Assembly (NCBI GenBank): GCA_025963935.1
Contig: JAOPZV010000299.1
Location: forward strand, 1 to 52,487
Length of the DNA stretch: 52,487 bases
Direction of reading: 5' to 3'
From: Solirubrobacterales bacterium
GTDB lineage: Bacteria > Actinomycetota > Thermoleophilia > Solirubrobacterales > Solirubrobacteraceae
Shown here: in pieces, positions 29,407 to 38,611 of the stretch
Layout: every line of letters begins with the position of its first letter
Position numbering within the stretch: position 1 is the first letter of the stretch
The notes under the pieces: generated by a model
The model's input: the letters and a program-made list of their open reading frames with translations, nothing else
Database searches by the model: none
Told to the model about the DNA's origin: nothing
Made by a program: the position numbers and the translations under genes

Positions 29407-30380
29407 TGGACGGCGGGCCTCCAGCCGCAGCAAGCGCCCCGGCCGCTCGTACCCGGCCGGTCGAGTCGAGCTCGACCTGGCGCCGATCCGACCGAGTTGG
29501 GCTTGCCGTGTGCTGGCTGCTGGGGATCCTTTTCTGCGCAATCGCGGGGGCGATCGTGCTGTTCATGCTGGTGCAGGGCATCCGCTTCCTGCGTCCGTCG
29601 CTGCTCGTCACAAGCCCAACCGCGGGGTTCAGCCAGAGCCAGACGGGAGGTTTTCTCGATCCACTTATCGGGACGGTCGTGGTGTCCCTGCTCGGCCTCG
29701 CCATCGCGCTGCCGCTCGGCGTGACGATCGCCGTGTGGCTCACAGAGTACGGTCGCCCCTTTCCGCTTGCGCGCGCGACGGAGTCAACTGTGGAAATGCT
29801 CGCCGGCGTTCCGGACATAGTGCTCGCGCTGTTCGGGCTGCTGATCTTCTCCAGCCCGATCCTGGGTTTCCTCAGTCGCACGTCGGGTCATGTTGTGTTC
29901 GGTCGGTCGTTCTTCGCCGCCGGGGCCATGCTGTCGCTCGTGGCGCTGCCGCTGATCGTGGGCAGCACACGGGAGGGCCTGCAGTCGATTCCCGCACACA
30001 TCCGCGAGGCGTCTCTGGCGGTGGGCAAGACGCGCTTCGCGACGATCCGTCGCGTGCTGCTCCCCACGGCGCGGCCGTCGGTGATCACCGGCGCGATGCT
30101 CGGCCTTGGGAGGATCATCGGCGACACGGCGATCATCGTCGTGCTCCTCGGTGCCACCCTTACGCTGAATCAGGCCGGCAACACACCGGTCTTCAGCGTG
30201 CTGAAGGGCACAGGCAGCACGCTCACGAGCTTCATCTATGCGAACGCGCCGACGGGTGAAGCGAATCAGCCGAACAAGGCCTACGCCGCCGCGTTCGTGC
30301 TGCTGCTCGTCGTGCTGGCTCTGAACCTCTGCGTCGATCTCATCGGTCGCCGTACGAAGGTCGTGTCATGGAGTTCCTGA
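29406..30380 (+). CDS. pstA: phosphate ABC transporter permease PstA
   Basis: AVWLTEY, LAGVPDIV.ALFG, REASLAVG and LGRIIGDTA. TGATG coupling with pstC. Confidence 0.9.
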   Translation: MDGGPPAAASAPAARTRPVESSSTWRRSDRVGLAVCWLLGILFCAIAGAIVLFMLVQGIRFLRPSLLVTSPTAGFSQSQTGGFLDPLIGTVVVSLLGLAIALPLGVTIAVWLTEYGRPFPLARATESTVEMLAGVPDIVLALFGLLIFSSPILGFLSRTSGHVVFGRSFFAAGAMLSLVALPLIVGSTREGLQSIPAHIREASLAVGKTRFATIRRVLLPTARPSVITGAMLGLGRIIGDTAIIVVLLGATLTLNQAGNTPVFSVLKGTGSTLTSFIYANAPTGEANQPNKAYAAAFVLLLVVLALNLCVDLIGRRTKVVSWSS

Positions 30381-31306
30381 CCCCCCCACCGATACGGTGG
30401 CTGGATCCCGACGGTGCGCCGGATGCGCCGGCGGGTGCCTCGGGTCCCGCCGAGGCTCCGGCAGGGCATGGCGCGCCGGGCCAGAACGGCAACGGGCGCG
30501 TGGCGAGCTTCGTCAGCGCCCCTCGCCGCCGGGCTCCCGCATCCCAGTTCGCCATCGATCGCATGGAGCTCCGGGACGTCACGATCTCCTACGGCCAGAA
30601 GCCCGCGGTGAAGTCGGTCTCCCTCCCGGTGAGGCAGGGTGAGGTGCTCGCCCTGATCGGGCCATCCGGCTGCGGCAAGACGACGCTGCTGCGCTCGCTC
30701 AACCGCCTCACCGAGCTGACGCGGGGCGCCGGGATGGGAGGACGCATCACCCTCGACGGAGTTGACATCTCGACAATCGAGCCCACGCTCCTGAGGCGAC
30801 GCGTGACGATGGTCTTCCAGCAGCCCAATCCGTTCCCGATGAGCGTCTTCGACAACGTCGCCTACGTCCTCAGGGAGATGGGGTCGAGAAGGCCTCGCAA
30901 ACGTGCCCTGGAAGGCCCCGTCATGGACGCCCTCGAGCGCGCCGGCCTGCTCGAGGAGGTTCGGGGCGACCTCGACCATCCGGCGCTTCGGCTCTCCGGC
31001 GGCCAGCAGCAACGACTGTGCATCGCGCGCGCGCTCGCCGTCCAGCCTGAGGTCCTGCTGCTGGACGAGCCCTGCTCGGCGCTGGACCCTCAGTCGACGC
31101 AGGTGATCGAAGACCTCATCGTACGCCTGCGCGATGAGGTGGCGATCGTGATCGTCACACACAACCTCCAGCAGGCACATCGCATCGCCGACAACGTCGC
31201 CTTCATGTATCTCGGGGAGCTCGTCGAGTACGGAACCGTCGGGTCGGTCTTCGGCACCCCACGTCAACAGCGCACCAAGGACTACGTGAGCGGTGCGTTT
31301 GGCTGA
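30368..31306 (+). CDS. pstB: phosphate ABC transporter ATP-binding protein PstB
   Basis: GPSGCGKT, MVFQQPNPFPMS, LSGGQQQRLCIARALA, DEPCSALDP and TKDYVSGAFG. Confidence 0.96.
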   Translation: MEFLTPPPIRWLDPDGAPDAPAGASGPAEAPAGHGAPGQNGNGRVASFVSAPRRRAPASQFAIDRMELRDVTISYGQKPAVKSVSLPVRQGEVLALIGPSGCGKTTLLRSLNRLTELTRGAGMGGRITLDGVDISTIEPTLLRRRVTMVFQQPNPFPMSVFDNVAYVLREMGSRRPRKRALEGPVMDALERAGLLEEVRGDLDHPALRLSGGQQQRLCIARALAVQPEVLLLDEPCSALDPQSTQVIEDLIVRLRDEVAIVIVTHNLQQAHRIADNVAFMYLGELVEYGTVGSVFGTPRQQRTKDYVSGAFG

Positions 31307-32045
31307 TGTCACACGCTCCGCGACAGGGGCCGCGATGCTGCTCCTCGCCGCCTCCCTCGCTGGATGCGTCGAAACCACACAGCAGAAAAATGCTCGCGTG
31401 CAGCTGCAGGACGACCGCCTGCTCGCCAGCCGGAGCCCCGTGCGCGTGACACAACCCGCTCTCAACGTCACCGTGCTCAACGTCAGGATGCTGCGCAGCC
31501 CTGCCGGCGCGGCCATCGCAGTCACCCTCCGCAATGACAGCTCCAGCCCCGTGAGTGACCTGCCAGTCAGCGTGGGGGTCAGGACAGCCGCCGGGCGGGT
31601 CGCGTACCTCAACCGGCAACCCGGACTTCCATATTTCCAAACACACATGGCCGGCGTCGCCGCCAGGACGCAGACCACGTGGGTCTTCACGACCGCTCGA
31701 CAAGCGCCGAGCGGGAACGCGTTCGCGCGCGTGGGAGTCGCTGCCGTCGCGATCGACAAGGGAGTGACGAGCCTGCCCGTGATCGCGTCCTCAGTGACCT
31801 CCGCGCACGCAAATGGCCGCCGGGGCGCGGTGGTCAGCGCAATCGTCACCAACCGCTCTGGCGTGGCGCAAGGCGGCCTCGAGGTGTATGCGTACGCGCT
31901 CTCAGGTGAACGCCTCGTGGCGGCCGGAACAGCAGCCGTCGCCAGTCTCGAACCAGGGGCCAAGACGGCACTGCGGATCCCCGTCCTCGGCAGTGCCCAG
32001 TCGCGCTTCGTACATCTCGAAATCCCGCCAACCAACCTCCGATAG
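31293..32045 (+). CDS. lipoprotein with two Ig-like (FxLYD-like) domains
   Basis: Lipobox LAGC; repeated (V/I)TLRN/IVTN...V.V beta pattern. Start may be ATG 31335. Confidence 0.65.
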   Translation: MRLADVTRSATGAAMLLLAASLAGCVETTQQKNARVQLQDDRLLASRSPVRVTQPALNVTVLNVRMLRSPAGAAIAVTLRNDSSSPVSDLPVSVGVRTAAGRVAYLNRQPGLPYFQTHMAGVAARTQTTWVFTTARQAPSGNAFARVGVAAVAIDKGVTSLPVIASSVTSAHANGRRGAVVSAIVTNRSGVAQGGLEVYAYALSGERLVAAGTAAVASLEPGAKTALRIPVLGSAQSRFVHLEIPPTNLR

Positions 32046-32054
32046 GAGTTGACG

Positions 32055-33083
32055 ATGAACCCCACTGAGCTCGAGACGGATCCCGGGAGCGGGGTGGTTG
32101 CTCCCCCCGGCGACGTCGGGATGACCGGCAAGATGGAGCAGCCGGGGGGGATCGTCTCTGCTGGGGCCCGTGAGCGCCACCAGTTCCTGCTCTGCGAGCA
32201 CTGCCAGGCACCGGTCGATCGCGACCAGCGCTACTGCGTGAGCTGCGGCTCGCGTCAGAGCCACGCGCGCAACCCTGCCACGAGCTACTTCGCCGCAGCC
32301 GCGAGGAGCAGGCGCACAGGCGGTTCGCAGTTGCGATCCGAGAGCGCGCTGCGCGGTCCCGTGTCCGCGCTGCTCCTCATTCTGCTGCCAGTCGCTGTCG
32401 CGATCGGCGTGCTCGTCGGGCGAAGCGGCTCGGGCGCCGGCAACGACAAGCTCATCGCCGCCCTGCAGCGCCAGCCCGCCGTTGCTGCTTCTCCGGTCGG
32501 CGGCGTGGCCTCTCCGGCAGCGAGCGGGACAGCCTTCGGCAATCTGGCCAGCGACTTCTCGCTTCCGCACGGGTTCGCCGTCATGCTCGCGACGTTCCCG
32601 ACACAGGGGACCGATCAGTCGGCCGTGGCAAAAGCCGAGCAGGAAGCTCGGGTGAAGGGCGCTGCCAAGGTCGGGCTGATCAATCCGAGGGACTTCAGGA
32701 CCACCCCCGGCCACGGGGCCTCGAGCTACATCCTCTTTTCCGGAGAATTCAAGACGCGAGCAGACGCGGCTAAGGCGCTCGCAAAGCTGAGGCCCCGCTT
32801 CCCGGGCGCGCAAGTGATCGAAGTCGGCTCCGTCGCATCCGCCTCGGCGGCGCCTGTGGTCGCGCACACGGCCTATGGCACGGTGCACCAAACCGCCGGC
32901 TCGCGCCCGACCGGGCAACAGATCCAGCAGGACAAGAAGGTGGTCCAGAAGATCAACCGCACGGTCGGCAAGAACTATGTCAACGCCCAGAAGAACCTTC
33001 CCGATGTGATCACCGTCACGGGTGGGGGTGGCGGCAGCTCGGGCCCGAGCGAAAGCGCGGCTGAAAAGGTAGGCGCACGGTGA
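32055..33083 (+). CDS. zinc-ribbon membrane protein with an extracellular SPOR-like domain
   Basis: CEHC...CVSCG, one TM helix, then SGEFKTRADAAKALAKLRPRFPGAQV. AGGAG RBS. Confidence 0.65.
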   Translation: MNPTELETDPGSGVVAPPGDVGMTGKMEQPGGIVSAGARERHQFLLCEHCQAPVDRDQRYCVSCGSRQSHARNPATSYFAAAARSRRTGGSQLRSESALRGPVSALLLILLPVAVAIGVLVGRSGSGAGNDKLIAALQRQPAVAASPVGGVASPAASGTAFGNLASDFSLPHGFAVMLATFPTQGTDQSAVAKAEQEARVKGAAKVGLINPRDFRTTPGHGASSYILFSGEFKTRADAAKALAKLRPRFPGAQVIEVGSVASASAAPVVAHTAYGTVHQTAGSRPTGQQIQQDKKVVQKINRTVGKNYVNAQKNLPDVITVTGGGGGSSGPSESAAEKVGAR

Positions 33084-33532
33084 GGACCGGACACGTTCGG
33101 CGACCTCACGACCATCAGCGGAACGACCACGTCGTTCCGCTGCCGCCGCCCCTTGACCTCGACGACTCCGTGCCGGGGAAGCTCGCTCCCGCCGGGGGCG
33201 TGCGGGCGGACGTGCGCCCCCGGCGGGACGAGCGCGACCTGCTCACCAAGCGCGATCGGCTGATCGAGCGCTTCGCGGCGATGCAGCTCGACCTCGGTGG
33301 GGTGTACTACGAGATGGCGATTCGAGACCACGTCAGGAACGAGGTGCTGGTCCGCAAGGCTGCCGAGATGCAACGGGTCGACGCCGAGCTGGGCCGAACC
33401 GAAGCGGTCCTCGAGGATGGGGGATCGGCCGACAAATGCTCCGCATGTGGGGCTGTCCATGGCTCCGGCGCGGCCTTTTGCTCACAGTGCGGCAGCTCCC
33501 TGTCCCCGGCCGGGCCAGGCTCCGGCGCATGA
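33080..33532 (+). CDS. coiled-coil protein with C-terminal zinc ribbon
   Basis: Helical DLGGVYYEMAIRD segment and CSAC...FCSQCG; GTGA overlap with the upstream gene. Confidence 0.75.
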   Translation: MRTGHVRRPHDHQRNDHVVPLPPPLDLDDSVPGKLAPAGGVRADVRPRRDERDLLTKRDRLIERFAAMQLDLGGVYYEMAIRDHVRNEVLVRKAAEMQRVDAELGRTEAVLEDGGSADKCSACGAVHGSGAAFCSQCGSSLSPAGPGSGA

Positions 33533-35079
33533 CGTCAGGGGGCCGCTCGGGCGACGGCGCCGGGGGCGATCTGCCGCTGCAGGCGGGCAAGCCCTCGGAT
33601 CCGCACGTCCGGGAATCGACCGAGCCGCGGTCTCCGGATGCCAGGCGCCTCGCAGACTGGAGGATCAGCTCCTCGCAAATGCGTCTGCTAGCGCTGGTGT
33701 CGGCGCTGGCGAGTGGCCTGGTGCTTTGGGCCGGGCTCGGTCGTGACCAGTCAGCCGGTCTCGCGGCCGCCGTAGCGCAACGCGCCAGGCTCGTCTCAGC
33801 CAACGCAGCCTCGGCCGCTCAGTCGGCAACGACCTCCGCCCCGGCGGCTCCCACCACCAGCGAAGCCTCGGCGGAACCGAGCCCGGTGTCGGAAAGCGGC
33901 AGCTCAGGCAAGTCGAGCTCTGCGAGCGCGCCCGCGCCTGGCTCGGAAACGTCGGAATCGGCAACCCCTCAACCCGAATCGGCGAGCCCTCAACCGCCGG
34001 CGCGCACCCCACCCGGCACGGCCAGCCCCACCGGCAAGCCTGCCGCGGGCGCCACCCCGACCGCTACGAAGATCAAGCACGTGTTCGTGATCACGCTCGC
34101 GGGCTCGGGCTATGCGCAGACCTGGGGCTCGGGCTCGGTGGCGCGCTACCTCACCACACAGCTGCGTCCCCGCGGCACCCTGCTCAGCAACTACTACGCG
34201 ATCGGCCACCTCGATCTCCCGAACTACATCGCGATGATCAGCGGCCAGCCGCCTAACCAGCAGACGGCCACCGACTGCACGACGTTCGCCGAGTTCCCTC
34301 CGAGCAAGCCCGACGCCAGCGGACGGATCGACGCACCCGGATGCGTGTATCCGGTCAGCGTCCTCACGCTTGCCGACCAGCTGACGAGCACGCGCAGGCA
34401 GTGGCGCGCCTACATCGAGGATCTCGCGAACGGACCGAAACCGGTCCAGAGCTGTCGCCATCCGATCTCCAATCAACCCGACGAGACTCAGCATGCTCGA
34501 GCGGGAGACGCATACGCCGCGCGACACAACCCGTTCGTGTACTTCCACTCGCTGCTGGACCTCGGCGACTGCGCGAGCGACGACCTCCCGCTCACGCAGC
34601 TCGGCGCAGATCTAGCGTCGCCCGCGAAGACCCCAAACTACGCGTTCATTGCCCCGAACCTCTGCCACGACGGCTCGGAAGCAACCTGCGCGGGCGGTTC
34701 GCCTGCGGGCCTGCAAGCGGCCGACGCCTTCCTGGCTGAGTGGGTGCCCAAGATCCTGGCATCGCCTGCCTACCGTCGCGACGGCCTGCTCGTGGTCACA
34801 TTCGGGGATGCCCCGGCGAGCGACACCAGTGGCTGCTGCGGTGCCGTCGCCGGAGCGTCAACCGCCGCCCCTGCTAGCGTGGGCGGCGGTCGCGTCGGGG
34901 CTCTACTGCTCTCGCGGTACGTCAGGCCGGGCGGGGAAAGCGCGGCGGCGTACAACCACTACTCACTGCTTCGCACGGTTGAGGACATCTACGGGGTTCC
35001 GCATCTTGCCAATGCAAGCCAGACCGGGGTCCAGCCGTTCTCCGAAGCGATTCTCAAAGGCGTCTTCGCCCACAAGTAG
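33529..35079 (+). CDS. membrane-anchored/secreted phosphoesterase (acid phosphatase/PLC family)
   Basis: IKHVFVI, NYYAIGH.DLPNYIAMISG, YAARHNPF, PNLCHDG and YNHYSLLRTVED, after a TM helix and a Pro/Ser/Thr linker. ATGA overlap. Confidence 0.85.
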   Translation: MTSGGRSGDGAGGDLPLQAGKPSDPHVRESTEPRSPDARRLADWRISSSQMRLLALVSALASGLVLWAGLGRDQSAGLAAAVAQRARLVSANAASAAQSATTSAPAAPTTSEASAEPSPVSESGSSGKSSSASAPAPGSETSESATPQPESASPQPPARTPPGTASPTGKPAAGATPTATKIKHVFVITLAGSGYAQTWGSGSVARYLTTQLRPRGTLLSNYYAIGHLDLPNYIAMISGQPPNQQTATDCTTFAEFPPSKPDASGRIDAPGCVYPVSVLTLADQLTSTRRQWRAYIEDLANGPKPVQSCRHPISNQPDETQHARAGDAYAARHNPFVYFHSLLDLGDCASDDLPLTQLGADLASPAKTPNYAFIAPNLCHDGSEATCAGGSPAGLQAADAFLAEWVPKILASPAYRRDGLLVVTFGDAPASDTSGCCGAVAGASTAAPASVGGGRVGALLLSRYVRPGGESAAAYNHYSLLRTVEDIYGVPHLANASQTGVQPFSEAILKGVFAHK

Positions 35080-36010
35080 GCGATCAAGCCGAGTCATCCT
35101 GCTCGCACTTGGTGTGGGTATCGCCGTAGCGCTCCCCGACGCCGGCGCGGCTGGGACCGCTCCCCCGCCGCACGAATACGGCTGTCCGATCCTTCCTGCC
35201 GGCAACCAGCTGAACCGGGACATCTCACACGCTCCGGTCGATCCAAACTCACCCAGCTACATAGCGAGCGTCGGCCTGGGTGCGCACCTGCACCCCGACT
35301 TCGGCAGCAACCCCGCCTACGGTATCCCCTACGCCGTTGTGGGCTCGCATCAGGCCAAGGTGCCGATCACGTTCACCGAATACGGCGGCGAGTCCGACCC
35401 GGGGCCCTACCCCATCCCGGCCGCCGCACCGGTCGAGGGGGCCGGACAACCGGGAGACCGTCACGTTCTCGTACTGCAGCGCGGCAGCTGCCGGCTTTAC
35501 GAGATGTATTCCGCAGCCCGCACAGGGGCTGGGTGGGATGCCGGCTCGGGCGCCGTGTTCAACCTCCGCAGCAACGCCCTGCGTCCGGCCGGCTGGACGT
35601 CCGCTGACGCCGCCGGCCTGCCGATCCTTCCGCTGCTCGCCCGCTACCCGGAGGTACGCGCCGGCCGGATCGACCACGCGTTGCGCGTGACGGTCCCGCG
35701 CACGCAGCGGGGCTACATCCGACCTGCGACGCACTTCGCCTCCAGCAGCTCCGACCCCCGCCTCCCGCCGATGGGGCTGCGGCTACGCCTGAAGGCCGGG
35801 TTCAGCCTCGCCGGTTTTCAAGGCCAGGCGCTTATCGTTCTGCGGGCGCTGAAGCGCTACGGGCTGGTCGTGGCCGACAACGGATCCCCCTGGTTCGTAA
35901 CCGGCGCGCCGGACCCGCGCTGGAAGGACGAAGACCTCGACCAGCTCAAGCGCGTGCCGGGGTCGGCCTTCCAGGCGGTGCTCAGCGGCAGCATCGTTCG
36001 CGGCCACTGA
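35012..36010 (+). CDS. conserved secreted hypothetical protein
   Basis: Basic N-region and hydrophobic signal; ESDPGPYPIP, GDRHVLV, WTSADAAGLPI and IDHALR. Start uncertain. Confidence 0.7.
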   Translation: MQARPGSSRSPKRFSKASSPTSRRSSRVILLALGVGIAVALPDAGAAGTAPPPHEYGCPILPAGNQLNRDISHAPVDPNSPSYIASVGLGAHLHPDFGSNPAYGIPYAVVGSHQAKVPITFTEYGGESDPGPYPIPAAAPVEGAGQPGDRHVLVLQRGSCRLYEMYSAARTGAGWDAGSGAVFNLRSNALRPAGWTSADAAGLPILPLLARYPEVRAGRIDHALRVTVPRTQRGYIRPATHFASSSSDPRLPPMGLRLRLKAGFSLAGFQGQALIVLRALKRYGLVVADNGSPWFVTGAPDPRWKDEDLDQLKRVPGSAFQAVLSGSIVRGH

Positions 36011-36145
36011 ATCGAGCGCTCACCGCCACGTCTCACCAGGCGGCGCGCTGCGTCGACCCGTCGTCGCGCCCGTTGACCGACAGCCCCGCTGGCCGTATCG
36101 AACCGGACCGGCGGGGCCGGCCCGAGCCAGAAGCGGATTTCCGGT

Positions 36146-36433
36146 CTACGCCTGGCGCGTCGGCTCAGCTGGCGCCTGGGCGGGTGGCGCTGCCGGAGCC
36201 GGCGTCGCGGCGGGCTGTGCAACCGGCGCCTCCTGCGGCGGTGGCTGCGGCGTCGCCTGTGTGAGCGCCGGCTGCTGCGGAGCGCTGTCCGGACGATCGC
36301 CGGTTATCGAGTCCTTGAACTCCCGCATCCCGGACCCCAACGAGCGACCGATCTCCGGAAGGCGTTTGGCCCCGAACACGAGCAACAGGAGCACGACCAG
36401 AACGGCGATGTGCAGTGGGTTCTCGAGTCCCAT
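36146..36433 (-). CDS. tatA: twin-arginine translocase subunit TatA
   Basis: LLLVFGAKRLPEIGRSLGSGMREFK. Confidence 0.95.
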   Translation of the reverse strand: MGLENPLHIAVLVVLLLLVFGAKRLPEIGRSLGSGMREFKDSITGDRPDSAPQQPALTQATPQPPPQEAPVAQPAATPAPAAPPAQAPAEPTRQA

Positions 36434-36484
36434 GAGTCTCTCCAGTCTAGGCGATTACCCGGGCGCCGCGCAATCGCGCCGCGA

Positions 36485-36856
36485 TCATGCCGAGCCCGTG
36501 TCCCGCAGGGCCCTGTGGACGAGCTGCGCCGCGACGATCACCATCAGCGCCGCGAACGCATCTCGTAGGAAAGCGCCGGACAGGGCGTTGGCGAGCGCCA
36601 CCCCGGCGGCGGCGCCTAAGACCGACAGCAGGCCCAGCAGCACAGCGTCACCGCGTCGCACGTTGCCATAGCGGTCCTGCCGGTAGGTCCCGACGATTGC
36701 CACAGGAACGATCGCGAGCAGCGACGTCGCCTCCGCCTCGTGCTGTCCCAGCCCGAGGAACAGAACCAGGCCGGGCACGAACAGCACGCCTCCGCCGACA
36801 CCGAGCAGACCGGCGACGATCCCCGCCGCGAGGCCGATGGCGATCGCGCCGGTCAC
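36485..36856 (-). CDS. TSUP (TauE/SafE) family transporter, half-size
   Basis: AGLLGVGGGVLFVP...AEATSL; GTG start overlaps the upstream stop. Confidence 0.85.
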   Translation of the reverse strand: MTGAIAIGLAAGIVAGLLGVGGGVLFVPGLVLFLGLGQHEAEATSLLAIVPVAIVGTYRQDRYGNVRRGDAVLLGLLSVLGAAAGVALANALSGAFLRDAFAALMVIVAAQLVHRALRDTGSA

Positions 36857-37233
36857 TGCGCGACCAGCTCGACCGCGCTCACCACGAGCACGGCGGCGAA
36901 CATCAACGCGATCGACCTGGCCCGCAGGCGCTGCTGCAGCCACGTCCCGATCAGCACGCCGATCACGGCGGGCACCCCGATCAGCAGCGCGTCGAGGATG
37001 CGGACGTTCCCGTAGAGACCCTGCACGGCCGCCGCGAAAGCGGCGATGAAGACGATCGCCGCCAGCGAGGTGGCGGTCGCGGAACGCTCCTCGTAGCCCA
37101 GCCAAAGCATCAGGAGCGGGACGATCACGCTCCCGCCTCCGACCCCGAAGAGACCGCTGAAGACACCCGCCATGGTGCCTATCGCCATCAGCTTCAGGGT
37201 GCGATTCGACGAGAACTCAGCTGCCGACTGCAC
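36853..37233 (-). CDS. TSUP (TauE/SafE) family transporter, half-size
   Basis: SGLFGVGGGSVIVP...ATATSL. Start uncertain (GTG 37233). Confidence 0.85.
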   Translation of the reverse strand: MQSAAEFSSNRTLKLMAIGTMAGVFSGLFGVGGGSVIVPLLMLWLGYEERSATATSLAAIVFIAAFAAAVQGLYGNVRILDALLIGVPAVIGVLIGTWLQQRLRARSIALMFAAVLVVSAVELVAQ

Positions 37234-37274
37234 GAGCTGACGGGTCGGCGACCATGCGCGCCATACTAGACATC

Positions 37275-38075
37275 GTGTCCCCCGCTGCGATGCTCGTGGA
37301 GGCGCTTGAGCCCATCCGCTCCGACCCTCCCCATTCTGCGGTGCTGCTCGACATCGACGGCACCCTCGCCCCGATCGTCCGCCATGCCGCGGACGCGCAC
37401 GTCCCAGAGGCGACGCGCTCCCTGCTGATCGAGATCTCGCGGCGGTACGGGGTCGTCGGCTGCGACAGCGGACGCCGCGCCCGCACCGCTCGCCAGAACG
37501 TCGCGATCGGCACGATCGCCTACATCGGCAACCATGGCGGGGAGCTTCTGCGCCCGCGGGCCACCGCGCCGGAGGTCGACCCTGCGCTCGCCGAGTGGAC
37601 GGCGCGTGTGCGTGACTTTGCCGCACGCGCCTACACCAGCGGCCACCAGCGCCTGCGCGTGCGAAGCGAGGACAAGGAGGCGATCGCCGCCTTCCACTGG
37701 CGTGGCGCGCCCGACGAGCAGGCGGCCGCCGAGGCGGTCCAGGAGATCGCGCGGCGCGCGCAGGACGAGGGCTTCGCCGTGCACTGGGGCCGCAAGGTCC
37801 TGGAGGTGCGCCCCCCTGTCGTCCTGGACAAGGGGCTAGGCATCGCCGCGCTGCTGCGTGGCTCGCCGGTGACGGCCGCGCTCTATGTAGGGGACGACAC
37901 CACCGATCTGGACGCCTTTCGCGGCCTGCGATCGCTCGCGCAGGACGGCAAGCTCGAGCATGCGCTGTGCGTGGCTGTGAGCTCCGACGAAGCGCCTCCC
38001 GAGCTCGCGCAAGAGGCCGACGTGACAGTTGACGGCACGGACGGCGTGCGCGGACTGCTCGAGGCGCTGCTTTAG
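37275..38075 (+). CDS. otsB: trehalose-6-phosphate phosphatase (HAD)
   Basis: LDIDGTLAPI, SGR, GNHGGE, HWR, GRKVLEVRP, DKG and GDDTTDLDAF. Confidence 0.92.
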   Translation: MSPAAMLVEALEPIRSDPPHSAVLLDIDGTLAPIVRHAADAHVPEATRSLLIEISRRYGVVGCDSGRRARTARQNVAIGTIAYIGNHGGELLRPRATAPEVDPALAEWTARVRDFAARAYTSGHQRLRVRSEDKEAIAAFHWRGAPDEQAAAEAVQEIARRAQDEGFAVHWGRKVLEVRPPVVLDKGLGIAALLRGSPVTAALYVGDDTTDLDAFRGLRSLAQDGKLEHALCVAVSSDEAPPELAQEADVTVDGTDGVRGLLEALL

Positions 38076-38079
38076 CGCT

Positions 38080-38610
38080 GTGCGCTTCGTCGACTTCCTC
38101 AGGACCACAGTGCTCCTCAGCGCCGGAGCGGCCACGGCGCTCGCGGCGGTGGCGGTGCTCGCCGCCAGCACCAGCTCGGAAAAATCGCTGATCCTGTTCG
38201 CGGTCGGGTGGTGGGTGATCGCCGCCGCGATGGGATTGCGGATCGGCCGTCGCGCGCAGACCAACCCGCCGATCGCGCGGCTGCTGTCCAGCGCCAAGGT
38301 CAGCACGACGCTGCCGGAGCATCACCCGAGCGCGATCCTCGTCAACCGCCTGTGGCCGCTGCTCCTGTTCACGCTGCTCTCCGGAGGCCTTGCCTTTCTG
38401 GCTCCCCAGATACCGGCCATCGCGGCGGGATTCGCGATCATCTGGGCACTGGCCTGGCGCCGTCAGGATGCTGCGGTGGGGGCGATCGAGGAGCGCGACG
38501 GCGCGTGCTTCTACGTGCGTCGTACCTCGCCGGTGCGGCCGATGGACCTGGTGCGCACGCCAGGCTTCAAGTCCTCGCGCGCGGAGCAGGTGAACGGCGC
38601 CGTGACCTGA
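38080..38610 (+). CDS. membrane protein of unknown function
   Basis: Four hydrophobic segments; 4 nt downstream of otsB. Confidence 0.7.
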   Translation: MRFVDFLRTTVLLSAGAATALAAVAVLAASTSSEKSLILFAVGWWVIAAAMGLRIGRRAQTNPPIARLLSSAKVSTTLPEHHPSAILVNRLWPLLLFTLLSGGLAFLAPQIPAIAAGFAIIWALAWRRQDAAVGAIEERDGACFYVRRTSPVRPMDLVRTPGFKSSRAEQVNGAVT

Positions 38611-38611
38611 G

